From assembly GCA_000934665.2 (NCBI GenBank), contig JYFJ02000966.1:1-64000 (forward strand): DNA of 64,000 nt, read 5' to 3'. Within the stretch, counting starts at the first letter, position 1; every line of letters begins with the position of its first letter. This DNA is from Catajapyx aquilonaris. Its lineage: Eukaryota. The position numbers were made by a program, and so were the translations under genes. Positions 48,631-61,193 of the stretch are shown here, piece by piece. The notes beneath the pieces are model-generated. The model did no database searches. It saw only the letters and a program-made list of their open reading frames with translations, and was not told the origin of the DNA.

Positions 48631-51600
48631 AGGTATAATATGTAGTGCGTACCAATTTTTAGAAGAACCTTTATGCAGCATAATTTAGCTGTTAGTTGCA
48701 AAATTTTGTGTTACTTCCACGCTTCAGGATATTACTGGTCTTTCGATTTGTTTTCGGCGCCCTTCTCCGCTTGCCAACTGATCAAGTTCGGAATTCTGTC
48801 GCTGGAGTGCGCGGCAGGTTTTACAGGCCTCTTCTGCCCTCTCGTGTGAGGATATGGAACTCTATCCAGGCGCCTTTTATAACTGGGAATCACCTTTTGA
48901 CGTCATTCTCATTGGAATGGCTTTTGGCATGTCTACTTCACCAAAATGTGTCGCAGAAAATGTTGCAGGTTGGCCCATCCCATCTCCGGCTCATTTATTA
49001 ATTAAATCGGGCGGTGTTTCCAGCAGAGCCATGCAAACCCTGCAGTTTGTATTGCAGAGTCTCGCTCTATCCAGATTAGAATCCCGCACCTCTGCTGCTC
49101 TGTTTCGTATAGATTTGTTTCAATTGCTAAAGTTGGCCTCTCCCGCAATAATCTGACCGCATTTGGGCTCCTAATAGGCTGCTGATCCCGATGGGAAAAT
49201 GAAAAGTGGTAAATGGGTGGTAAATTTGAATCCTGCCCTTTTGGCTCCAGATAGAATCGCCTCAGTGGTAAGAGAGGCTGCCAACGCCTTGTGTTGTTTC
49301 TCCTGCTGAACTGGGCGATAATCCGATCCCTCCCATCTTCGAGTCACTTTATAAGTAAGGCGCGGCTGCAGACGCCAGACAATCACATTTTCTCAAGACG
49401 TTGTTTAATCTGGCGGTATTAATGAAGGGAGGGAAGGGAAGGAGGAGGAGGAGCAGGGCAACAATTTCTAGCCCAAGTTGGGAAGGTTAATCTCGGGGAC
49501 TAATTAAGTAAGTTAAGTCCATTAAAAGGAGTCCGGTAATTAGGGAAGTCTTGGGGGCCGAAGGGCAGCCGGGTGGAACATGCTGGGGGAGAAGGCAATA
49601 ATTGAAAAGATGATTACAACCCTTTTCAGCAGCAAAGGGAGGGGGGATTACGATTCCTCCACTTTCTTGTGAAGCCAAAGACAAGAATCGTAAGTCTTAT
49701 ACAATCCGTTAATGAGTGCATTGCGCTGATTGGGCTCAGCTGCCAGATTTTGACGCAAAAAAAGGGAGGGTTTGATGCATTAGGGCGAAGGTGTGGACCA
49801 AGTTCAAAAGCTTTCACAGCTTTTTTTTACAAATAAAAAATGGAAATTATGAAAAAATAGGAAAGAGGGGGTGGGGGGAAGTCCATTTGGTCGTAATGCG
49901 TCAGGTAGGCGAGCGCTAATGGTCGTAATCAGGAGCCTGATAAATGAGCCTTTCTGGAGTGGCCTGCTGTGACAGGACCACGAATTAACGCTTCAAGAGG
50001 GGTTGGAATCCTCTTCAAAAAGAAAAAAAAGAGGAGTAAATATCTGTTATGACTCGACTAAGCACACTTGAAATTTTTTTCGCGTGCCACGGGTGCGAAT
50101 TTGGCGTCCAGACAACATGAATACATGCCATCTACACCAAAAGACGAACGTAAAGACAAACGAAAGACAGAAAATGTCTCTCATTGAAGGGGAGGGTATC
50201 GCATATTTTTAAGTGCGTTACATTATTTTATTTTATTTTGTGGAGCGAGAGGTCTGTACCACAGTGAGTAATCGGTTTGTAGTGTTCCCCATCGCTGATG
50301 GATGTGCGATGAGGCCGTTTTCGTGGTCAGAAGTGAGGAGACGACCAAGAGGACACGCACACACGTACACACGTGTGTATATGGATATAATACATAGTAT
50401 ACAGCAAGCAGCACAGTACCAGCGGGTTTTCATACCGCAATAAATAATCCGGGGCTGTTTCGTGATTGCATCAGAGTCCCCCCGGACAGCAGAGAGCAGC
50501 AGCGTGGCGAGATATAGACCTTATCGCCTTCGATATATACTTAAAGTGAGTTGCATGAATTAAAAGCCGGGGCCAAGCCTGCCCATTTTCGACCCCCCGC
50601 TATACCCTTACCCCCCCTTACTATACACTCCTAACCATCCAAACCGCCGCCTAATAACTGCTTGCCCGCAACTGATAAATAATAACTACTTCCTCTTTGT
50701 TGCGACTTTCGAAAGTCAGGGATCGTATACCACACACAATCGTACAGGACCGTCATGAGCAAAAAGGCAAGGGGCTATACTTTCGTCGATCTGAACGAAC
50801 ATGACGGAAAGTTCGTCCTGTATACAATCCAAAAGGATATACAAATTGTACGAGACCAACAAATTTTCCTTGGACGTCGCGTCGCTGGTAAATTTTCCCT
50901 GCCATTTCCCCATGATTTCTCAGGTTTGAACCGAATTTCCGCAGCTTTCCGCACATGTTTGAGCTGATTTTTGTGCATAGTGAGCATAGTGTGAGAAACC
51001 TTGAGACGTTATAATCCTTGACCCGCTGCGGAGTCGGCGAGGAGGCAAAAGGAGGGGGGGGGGGTGCTTTTTGCGAATGAAGGAGTGTGTTCGATAAGGC
51101 CCTTTTCCTTTGCCAGCAACACCCAAATGGTTCCCTTTTCTGGATGGCCACTAGTCATGCGATGCTGCTGCTGCTGCTCCAAAAGAAAGTTAGGCTCACT
51201 CCTAAAAAAAAAAATGAATAAAAAAATTTTTGGGAGGGGGTGAATACGTTTCGACTATATACGTGGGGGGGGGGGGNTGAATTTTTTTCCGCATGGAGAG
51301 TGTACGTGTGTGTGTGTGTGTGTTCGCTTGCTGCTTGTCGTCTCGTAAATTTTGTTAATTTAGGCGGCGGCGGCACGAAATTTCTGGCGATGGCGGCGAT
51401 ATTGGAGGCCAATGAGCTTCCAAGGGCGTAAATCAAAATAATGAAAAAAAAAAAAGAGAGGAAAGGACCCAGGCTGGAAAGCAGAACCCGAGAACTCTTC
51501 CTTGCTCCTCTGCATTGGAAGCCATTGGTGCGTTACCAGAACAACGGCCCCATTTTTGGAAAAGAGAAATTTGGGATAATCCGCATCGAAATGATACCAA

Positions 51601-54600
51601 CTAATTGTGACAAATCTGCTACGACCAAATGTGATAAACTATGTGACAAGTGGTACGACGAATACGACCAAGATGCAACATGATGGGACAATACTATCTA
51701 AAAATAAAGAACTATATATTTTTGGCCACACAGATTTTTGTAAAGGCGTTAATCCTCCCCAGGGTTTTCCGTCCGGATGGATAAAAGAAATATAAATTAA
51801 AGGGGGGCCGAGCAGTAATTACAGTGAGGATCGTATCTGCGATTTCCATATTTCTCCCCCAAAACGGTCTATTAAGGGCCAAAAAGAACGGCGTCCATTA
51901 ATCACATCTTGTTCATTAAAGTTTGCACGGAAGTTGGAAGAAGGGGGGAGGGGAGGGGAGTGGAGGAGGGGATGGAAAAATGCCAAAATCGACTTTTATT
52001 GTTTTTACTCATGCCACAAAAACCTGGGTCATAATCAAGAAGAAAATGTCACCAGGTGACATATCATACATATAGTTTACTGGTAATGCTCAGTTATGTA
52101 GGCTATACTTATCATTAATTTGTTAAATGTATAGCCTACTAAAAATATGCATGTGCTTGATTATAAATAATGAGATGTGATTCTCAAAAATGCGACAATG
52201 TTTTCTGTAGCACCCTGTGATCATTTGGCAGCCAACGATGAACTAAATCAGAGTTGGAGATAGTGTCATTTCACACGCCAGGTGTCACGCCGCGTAAACT
52301 ATGCTGTGCGCATGCGTGAAGAATTGTAATTAGGGTCAGCGGAATCCCGCTTGACATCCGGACCCATACATTTTGCCCAAATAACTTAATTGGGTATAGG
52401 GGGACGCTTCTTTCACGTGCTGTGCACTTGGGACATACACTCTGGTATACTATAAGGCAATGTTGGAAATTGGTTCTCTCAACATTATTTTTTCCCTCTC
52501 TCTCTCTCCCTTCCTCTCTCTCTCTCATGTTTAAGAAGGCCGATATGGAATGGGGAGTGGTCGTTGGTCCATTTTTCTTATTTCGGCGTGAATTATAGAG
52601 ATAGGTATCCGCCCCTCGCTTGCTCTATTGCGAGGACGGATGGCGAGAAGGGGGCGTAGGTAAAGTGCATTACAAGCGGCTTCTAGCAAGGACACATCCG
52701 CCGAGCCTAATTACAGAGGGGGTCCCCTTGTTATTCCTCACCTCCTCACTCCCTTCCCCTCCTCCTCCTCCTCCTGCCACAAGACAAATAGCTTATAATT
52801 CAACATTGGGATTCATACCTCTCGCACGCCCCTGCTGCAAAGATAAATATTTAGACCCATAAAACATAGCCCTATATTTCACTTACTTGCCATTCCCTTA
52901 CATACATAATATAAAAGTAAGATTGTATCGTCTTGTGGGGCGGTGGGGGTAAGGGGGAGGCGGGGTAAGGACTTATATAAAGTGTATATGCATGATTTCA
53001 TGCATCGAAAGGGAATTTTTGAGATGCCGGGTGGGAATCGGACGTGACGGGTTGGGTCGTTGCACCTGATTGGTACAGTGATGGAAATTAATGGGGATAA
53101 GCACAAGTATCGCCACCTGGCCCTTTCAACATGAAGCAAAGAAAAAAGCTCCGCCAGGCGGCGATACTTGCGCTTATCCGCATTAATTTCCGTCACTGTA
53201 GCCTACTGGAGGTTTCATGGGATTTTGACGGACTTCGTATATATGCAACTGAGACTGCAAACATTGTACGTGTAATCATGATAATCCGGAGCGTTTTCCA
53301 AGTGATTTCTTTTTTATGCGATAACCAATCAGGATGCTGCAACACGTCGTAACCGAATCGAGATCAGGTGATCTTTTGATGGGCGCGATACCGGGTTTGA
53401 GTTATGGCATCTGCTCGAGGAGAGCAAGATGTTGTCACGTGTTGGATTGGCCAGGCACGTGCATCACTTTTGTATATAGTATATGGATGGGAAGGAAAGT
53501 TTTTTAAAAAATGAAAAGAAATATATATAAAAAAGTGAGAAGGTGGGAGGAGGGGGCGGGCAGCATCACACCTGCCGCCTGATTACAGGTTGGAAAAGGC
53601 CCGGGTTCGCATCCGGATTGCTCCGACACAAAAGATGAGCTCGTGTCCAGTCCGACACGCCCACCCAACACAGCTGTTTGTTTTATCCCGGGCCGTTTGC
53701 TGGGGTCACCCTCTCTGCTGACCTGCCTCGACAGCCGGACCCCATTCATAATTGGGGTAATTAGCTGGTTCAAAAGGGATGGGAGGAGGAGGAATCCTTA
53801 CCAGCAGTCCTTGTTTCTTGCCTGCAAAGTCACGATCAACAGGCTATCGGCCTTTTGAACCGTGTTGGACCATGTAGCACTTTTTTTTTTCTTGCAAGCG
53901 ACATGTTTCAGCATTTTTGTAGCCAAAAGTGACAATGTTCCATATTTGCTCCTGATTGCAGCTCAACATGGTGTACACTTTGATGCCCTCTCCGTGCAGC
54001 CCTGCCCCCTTGCGTCCAACGAAACAACATGAAAACAAGCTAGATTCGCATACAATTTGCAGTTATAATTTTTTTCCATTTGGCGAAAAAGGGCAGAGTG
54101 GAAGCGGGTGTTAATTGCCCCATTGTTGCGGAGGACATAACCGATAGAATCGCCATTACTTTTGTGTTGCCGGGGTTAAATAATTACAAGAACTGCTATT
54201 CAAACTGTTTTTGTGTTTATCCTCTAGCTAAAGGATAGAATGAAAAAAAAATTACAAAAGAGAAGCGGAACACAGAGGTCACCTGCTGCACATACTGCTG
54301 TTGTATAAGGAAATGTAAATCGGACAAGGAGGAAGCATGTTGCAACCGCTACACTAATTGTGGCGTAATAATTAAACATCGAATTAAATGCCCCCCCCCC
54401 CCACTCCAGAAGGGCATTCTGTTGTTTTTAGTGGAAAAAAAAGCGGGGCATCAGCACAGCTAAGGGAAATCCTGTCTTTTTTGGACGAACAACATGAAGG
54501 AAGAGTTCCCAGGGAAGAGGTTTCTCTTTTTCTGGCTGGAAATGAAAACTGATGTGTGGGAGGCTCGAAACAAATACAGGAATTATTATTTTTTTGTACA

Positions 54601-57600
54601 GAAGGTGTCACGCATTATACGTAGCTGAGTGATATAATACAGTAAACAAGTCCATATCAAGTTTGGAGAAATTATACGAGTTTTGCCGGAATTGTTTACA
54701 TCCAGCAACCAGTTTAAATAGAAGAAGCAAACGCGACGATTCCTTATAGTTCTGTTTAAAAACAACTATGGGGTAATTAACAATCCATAGTATTAGTGTA
54801 CAATCAGATAATGCACTTGGGAAGTCGTGCATTGCATTTTATTCGTCGTTGCAGAAGGACATTAGCTGTTGCGACAACTTGCACGATTTGCATAAATTTT
54901 AAATTTTAGTAAAATATTCAATGACATCTGGCTACCTAGTCTCGCAGGATAGTATCCAAAATAAGCGAAAGACATCTTTTTACTGCACGCAACCTCGTCG
55001 TGGATTATTCCATTAAAGTTTAAAATTAATGCGTGTCACGCAGTTGTCATTGCAGCAGGGCATATCCTGAAAGCGACAAATAAAATATATACCCACTTTA
55101 AAAAAAATTTACAGCAATTTCCGAATGATTTGTGTCAGTAATTTGTATGAGTCTTGCAGCAATAACTTTAAAAAAAATGCCGAATTTCTTCGTATCGGAT
55201 CAGGATTTTTTTTGCACTTTTCGAAGATCTGAGAATAAACTGTGATGCGGTCATTTACACAGCCGCAGGCCCAGGAGGAAACTAGATCCGGCCACGTCAC
55301 TGTTAGGTTGCTACTTAAGGCACGTGTTGCCAACCAAAGAGACACAAACTGATCATCTGATTACGTGTCAACGCAGAGGAATTATGCTGGCAACAAACAA
55401 AGGAACTTGACAGTCCAACAGAATTCATCTCTGTTGGCACGCAATCAGATGATCGGCGTGCGTGAAATAGTGGACCGGGTCTTGACCGGGTCCAGTTTCC
55501 TTCATGGCCGCAGCTGTTCGACAACCATCACTAACAGAAAAAATCTGCGTTGGCCTTTTTTCGACTGGATGCAAATATTGTTCCGGATCGTTTCACTTAT
55601 TGAGACCGTGATGATTGCGAATAATATGTTCCGTGCCTTGTGTCACCCTCTGAGCGATAATTAGGTTACCAACTCGGGCCCTCGGTATATTATTCCTGTT
55701 ATTACCAGGGAAAAAGTCAGCTATTAGGCAACCTCGTAATTAATTGGTTGGAAGCTGATTGGAGGAGATATCACACGCGAGTTCTCTTCCACGTGCTGCT
55801 TGTGTGTGCTGCCAGTGACTAGATGAATGAAGAGTGCTATCTCAGACCCTATACACGGTATAAAGTATAGTAAGGATTGTGTAACTTTGACGGGATCTCT
55901 TTCCACCACCCACATTTTGATCTTTTTGCTCTCACGATATGCGCAACCTGCGCCCGGTTTTGCCATATGAACAGTATAATGCTGTAATGCAAAACGAGCG
56001 TCCTTTTGTTGCAGATCGTAATAACAATAATGAAAATGAAGAAAGCACGTCGAGTTTGTTTACGGGAATTGGGCTGGAAACAAAATGAGTTAAAGCATAC
56101 ACCGGATTTCTGCTTCTTTTCCGCGATGATGTACGGTGCAAAAGTGCAACTTTGTTGCTGCTTTTTCGCGTGCAATCTTCTTTTTTGCCGGTTGGGATGT
56201 GTATATGAGTATGGGCATTATGTGCATTAACACGTTTTGTTTCCACTGTGCTTTCATTATGGTCGGAGGTTTGCAATTTTCTGGCCCTTTTGTCTTGGCA
56301 CAAGGCGGATCAACGACCTCTTAAATCGTGTTTTTGCTGAATATGTGTCTTCGAGTTCAGATTTTTATCATATCCAAGTGCAAGGCGAATCATCTCGAAA
56401 GGAAACGTGCGGCAATATTTTTGATTTCCAAACACTGTGGAATTATATATTGTAGTTGCAATATATTTGTAGTTAGGATTTACGCTAAAAGATATTTATT
56501 TCAGTGCTTCTTGAATCAAAACTTCCCCTTGAAATATGATCATTACAGAATAAATCATTCTCATTGTTTTATTATTTTCAGGTGTCTTTTCCTAAGTGCT
56601 GCTGTGCACTCATAGTTTGCTCTAATTTTACTTATGATGAACAGGACTATTTTTAAATATTATCGCTCGTGAAATGAAAATAACTCCCTTTTGGAATGGA
56701 ATGTTTATGCAAAATAATTAGAAGAAATTTGCTTCTAATTTGAGATGAATATTTAGGTAAAATACACTGTATGTTCCAGTGTATTGTCTCTTTTAATATA
56801 AACCCGATGCCACAATCTAACTGCGAATGATATTGAAAGGCAACTGCATAATCGCATTAGCATTGTTATAGGGTTGACTTCTAATTATTACCAACAATTT
56901 TGCTTAGATTTAAAAGTATGCTTTTTACATAATAACTGCACTCTGAAAAGCTTTATAGTCGTGTCGTAGATATGCAAGGTTATGATTGCATCAGCTGTAT
57001 AATTACGACATGCAGTAAAACACAATGTTCCAATTATTGAAATGATCTTAGTGGTTAGTGACTTTTTGACACTCGCTGATTATTATTTTTTAAATTGGTA
57101 TTTTTTATGCTTTGTGCCAAAACTTATCAAACACTTACACATCAATTCGATTGCAACACCTTGTACATGTGGCAGCTCAGCTCTTGAAACATTTCGAAGC
57201 CTTATTTATTGGTAGCACCTTTCCCCTGGCAGAACTGGCTGACCTGAAGGCCTAATTGTTACAACGTGTTATTATTACATTCGGTGTGACTGTTTGGATG
57301 GGTTGACTGAGTCACCCAGTAATTATTCCACTTATGGTCGGAGTGAAGGTGGAAGCTTTTTTTTTTCTTCTTCTTCATCTTCAGTTGCTGCGAGAGCGGT
57401 GACTGTTAAAACAAAAGCACGAAAATAAAAAGGAAGAAATAATAAGCGAGAGAAAGGGGGGAGGGGGAATGGGCTGCATAGTTCATCGTTGGCGCATCTC
57501 ATTATTAAGAAATGGAAGGCTTTTTTATAATAAAAAAAAAGAATAGAGAAAATTCCGGGCCGGCGGCGACTCGTTAGGGGGAAAAAGGGTTGCCTTCCAT

Positions 57601-60600
57601 TCTCCTTGCTTGGTACATCTCAATGGAGCAAATGGCGATTTGCATACGGAGAAGGAGAGTCTGGCTTTGGGCCGCCCCGGGGCAAGACCTGCGCTGAATG
57701 GGCGGGAAATATCACGAGCTATTCTCCAGATTAATCACCCTCCTATATGAGGAATAGCCCTTTGCGCATTCCTGCCGTATATACACCCATCGGGATTATT
57801 TTTACACCCTGATGTATGTAAAGAGGTGAGAACCAGTTACTGCGTCGTGTATATCTCGTACATGGGCCTAATTAAACAATGATCTGGCGACATCATGGAA
57901 CTAATTAAGACACGGAGAGGTGCAGGTGATCCCCCCAGTGCCATCTGGTGTGTCGTGCTGCTGTTGAAGGCTTCCCCGCATCGTGTTATCACATCTGAAC
58001 CCAACTGTCCAAATTACTATAATGCAGCGCGGCTGGTTATACCTGTGTTGGGCGAAATAAGCGGGCCGAGCTTGCATCTCATTAATCAAATTAGCGCGCG
58101 AGGAGTTTTTCAAAATAAAAAATAAAAAAAGCACAGATGGGGCCAACCCCTCCAGGGCCTGAAGAGACAGCCACTGGCGTGTTTGCCCCGTCACTTCCTT
58201 TTTCATTAGGAAAAAACATGTCCATATAGTGTGGCGGTTAGCGCCATGGACTTCCTCCTCTCCAGTCCTGAGTTCGATCCTCTTTCGTCTAGCAAAAAAG
58301 ATAGATGGCTTCTGCTCTTGCTTCAGTCGTGGAAATTGTGTTGGAAGAAACTTTTCTTTGGCTTGTTTTGCACACCAGACAATGAGCAGCCTTCTGATTA
58401 GTCGGTGCTGCCACCTTGCACCTCCAGACTTTGGTTTCTGGCTTCTCACCCTCTTCTTTTTATATATATAATATAAACAGTATGTACGTATTTAGGGGGT
58501 GGAGATTAAGTGTGGTAACATGGACTTCCTGCTGCAAAACTCGGAAGCCTCCTGATACGAGGAGATATCAGCGGTGTCTTCCGATAAAGCGAGGCTCCAA
58601 CAGCTGTCTCTATTACTACCATGGGCTACCGGGACGGATTCCGCTATGAAGATAAACACTTTTTGAAGCGGAGGGGGGTTTCAAATTAAGGGGAGGGTGA
58701 CCTGTGTGTTATCCTGGGTTCCAATCTGCATGTGAGGGATACCTCTATTATAATAGGTCATCTTCTTCTTGGGCGACGCTTCCATGAAATTTTCTCCCTT
58801 CCCATCCCATTAGGCGCCTCTCACGCATGCTCGCCACACAGGGATATGTATCCAAACGCAGCAAACGAGAGCCACTGGGTTCCCAAAATTATTATTTTTT
58901 CGGTCGGGTCTTGGGAGCTCATCATGAATCGCCTCCTTGTGGCTTTTTTTCCCCCTCTGTGTGGGTCGTGTTCCATGCCTCACGCGATGCCCCTTTGCTG
59001 TCCAATTTGGAGTGTTGCATACGCCTCCGAAACGCCGGCCACTGCATGCTGGACGGAATTGGAGAGAGCCGAGAGAGAATGTAAAAAAATAAATCCCGCG
59101 TCCAGCTCCGATCGGATTAGTGTCATTACAGGAACATGTCCAGGAAAAGCATGGCGCCCCATCACCGACCCCACAGATGCAGGCAGTTTTAATGCCTCTG
59201 TAACACCCATTCCGGATTTCCGCTCGTTGTGTACCAATTGGATACAATTTTCTGGCACATTACACGGAAAATGCCCGAACTGTATTCTTTTAAAAAAAAT
59301 GTTGGGCATGTAGTAGGTTGCTGGGAAAATATGCGAATTTCCTCTCGAAACAAAATCTTGCGTGTTGTCAGAATATGCAGCGCAGACACCACATTGCCTA
59401 CTAATTTGCGTGCGCATACAACAAGGCATTGCAGGTATATCTTTCAAATGTCGGACAAAATTGCGCTGTAGCTAATTTTCATTATTTTTTATCTGCATCA
59501 TGAACGCAATCGGATCTTTCAATACACATACCGTGTTTGTATACAGACTTTTTAACCTCTTTATTTGTCGGAGTTTTTTTCCCCTCTCTCGAGCGGGTAG
59601 TCATTCAAGCGCGTACATAATGGCATGTAACGTTTTGTACAGAGACGAGTGCAGTGCATATAAACCCAATTGCCGACAGTAATAGCAGGAATAATAAACG
59701 TCACATACGCACAATACGTCGTCATAACGGAACATGGGCCGTGCTTAACAGTTATGACGATGTGTTTGGCTCGACCCCTGCAAATCGAACAGTTGAATGT
59801 GATGCTTTATCTCAACTTTTTTTTTACATCATTGTTGATAATCGTGCGCTGTAAATCAATGCGGTTCGTGATGAGAATGCGTGAATTAGCACTTTGATTT
59901 TTTTTGTTGTTTGCGGTATGTGTTAACGGCCGTCACGGTACGGTAACCTCGCATATATGATTTAAACAGGGTGCTCGCTAAAGTTTTTTCTAGCGCACCC
60001 TGTAGCATAGGTCGTCAACAAATCACATTTGCCTGTGAAAGGAAGAAAGGCACATAATAATGACATGCGGAGTACATTTATGTCCGTATATGTATTCTAA
60101 TCTTACATACAGTTAGTGTTCTGAATATATTGCACCATTTTGAATTTCGTCGCTGATTTCTTTGGGAAGATTTACCGGCATATATCGGAAAATCGCGCAT
60201 GGTGGTGTATAGTTGCATGCTCCGAAAGTGTTAGTTTTGAACCACCTCGTTCGTGGTTGTGGTCATGGGATGGTGTGTATTACCCTCTCCTTTTTATTTG
60301 ATGGGGGGTTTTACCCTCTACTGGTGTGCCTGATGCCTGCCTGCCTGCCTTCCTTGCCTCGTCTCTCCCTCCGGCTCGCTTTGAGGCCGCCAAGAGCATC
60401 GGCGGTTCCTCAGGAGGAAGTGTCAAATTAAACAGTCCTTGCTCTTGCTTATTACCGTAATCCGAAGGGCCATTATCGCGTTATCAGTGGACAGGAGGGG
60501 GGGTTGTATATAAGGCAGGCAGGGCATCAGGCAAACCCATCCACCCGCCGTCTGATGCCCCCCTCACGCAACCCATGGATCATGGACTGCCTCTATACAC

Positions 60601-60982
60601 ATCCAGAGCTCTTATATATTATATATACAATGTTGCAAAGGGGGATCAGAACCACCAGGGTTATATACTCCTTCAAAAGTTCGTGCGGCTGTCGATCATT
60701 GCAGGAACCACACTATAGCCCCCCTCCTGCCGGCATGGAAACCCGAAAATATGTCGCTTCTATACATCTGTATAAGCAGGGATGAAAGTGCACTGTGAAT
60801 TCATTGTTCCGACTTGGGAGACGGGAAAATTTTGGCTCTTGGCTTGTGGAGACGGAACATACTCTCCCGAACAGTTCTGTAAATTCAAATGAAATGAAGA
60901 CACGAATAATAATCGAAAGATATCAAGACCAGGTTGAAAATTATGGTTCGAATTTTCGTCCCATGCACTGATATATGGACTG

Positions 60983-61193
60983 AATAAAAGTGGCATTTTA
61001 ATATACGTTTAACAATCTTTAAAATACAGGATGGAATTTTCGTCCCACTCACTGCTAGTTACTGATAGTAACTTAGAAGTACACGAATGTTGGGGATGGT
61101 TTCTACTAAGTTAGTAGTAACTAGCAGTGTGGGACAAAAATTGGTCCACCCTATGCTTTAAAGATTTTTAAGTAGTCAAATGCCACTTTTATT
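60983..61193. mobile_element. Imperfect foldback element (MITE-like) with arms of about 95 bp
   Basis: aataaaagtggcattt...gtcccactcactgctagttact...taacttag pairs with ctaagtta...agtaactagcagtgtgggac...aaatgccacttttatt. Confidence 0.65.

Noticed and set aside
50755..50967. 70-aa ATG-initiated ORF (MSKKARGYTFVDL...)
   Set aside because: No recognisable family and no supporting exon context. More likely a repeat fragment.
57901..59447. ORFs of 145-193 aa on both strands
   Set aside because: They overlap each other, mostly start at non-ATG codons, have atypical composition, and show no domain motifs or splice structure.
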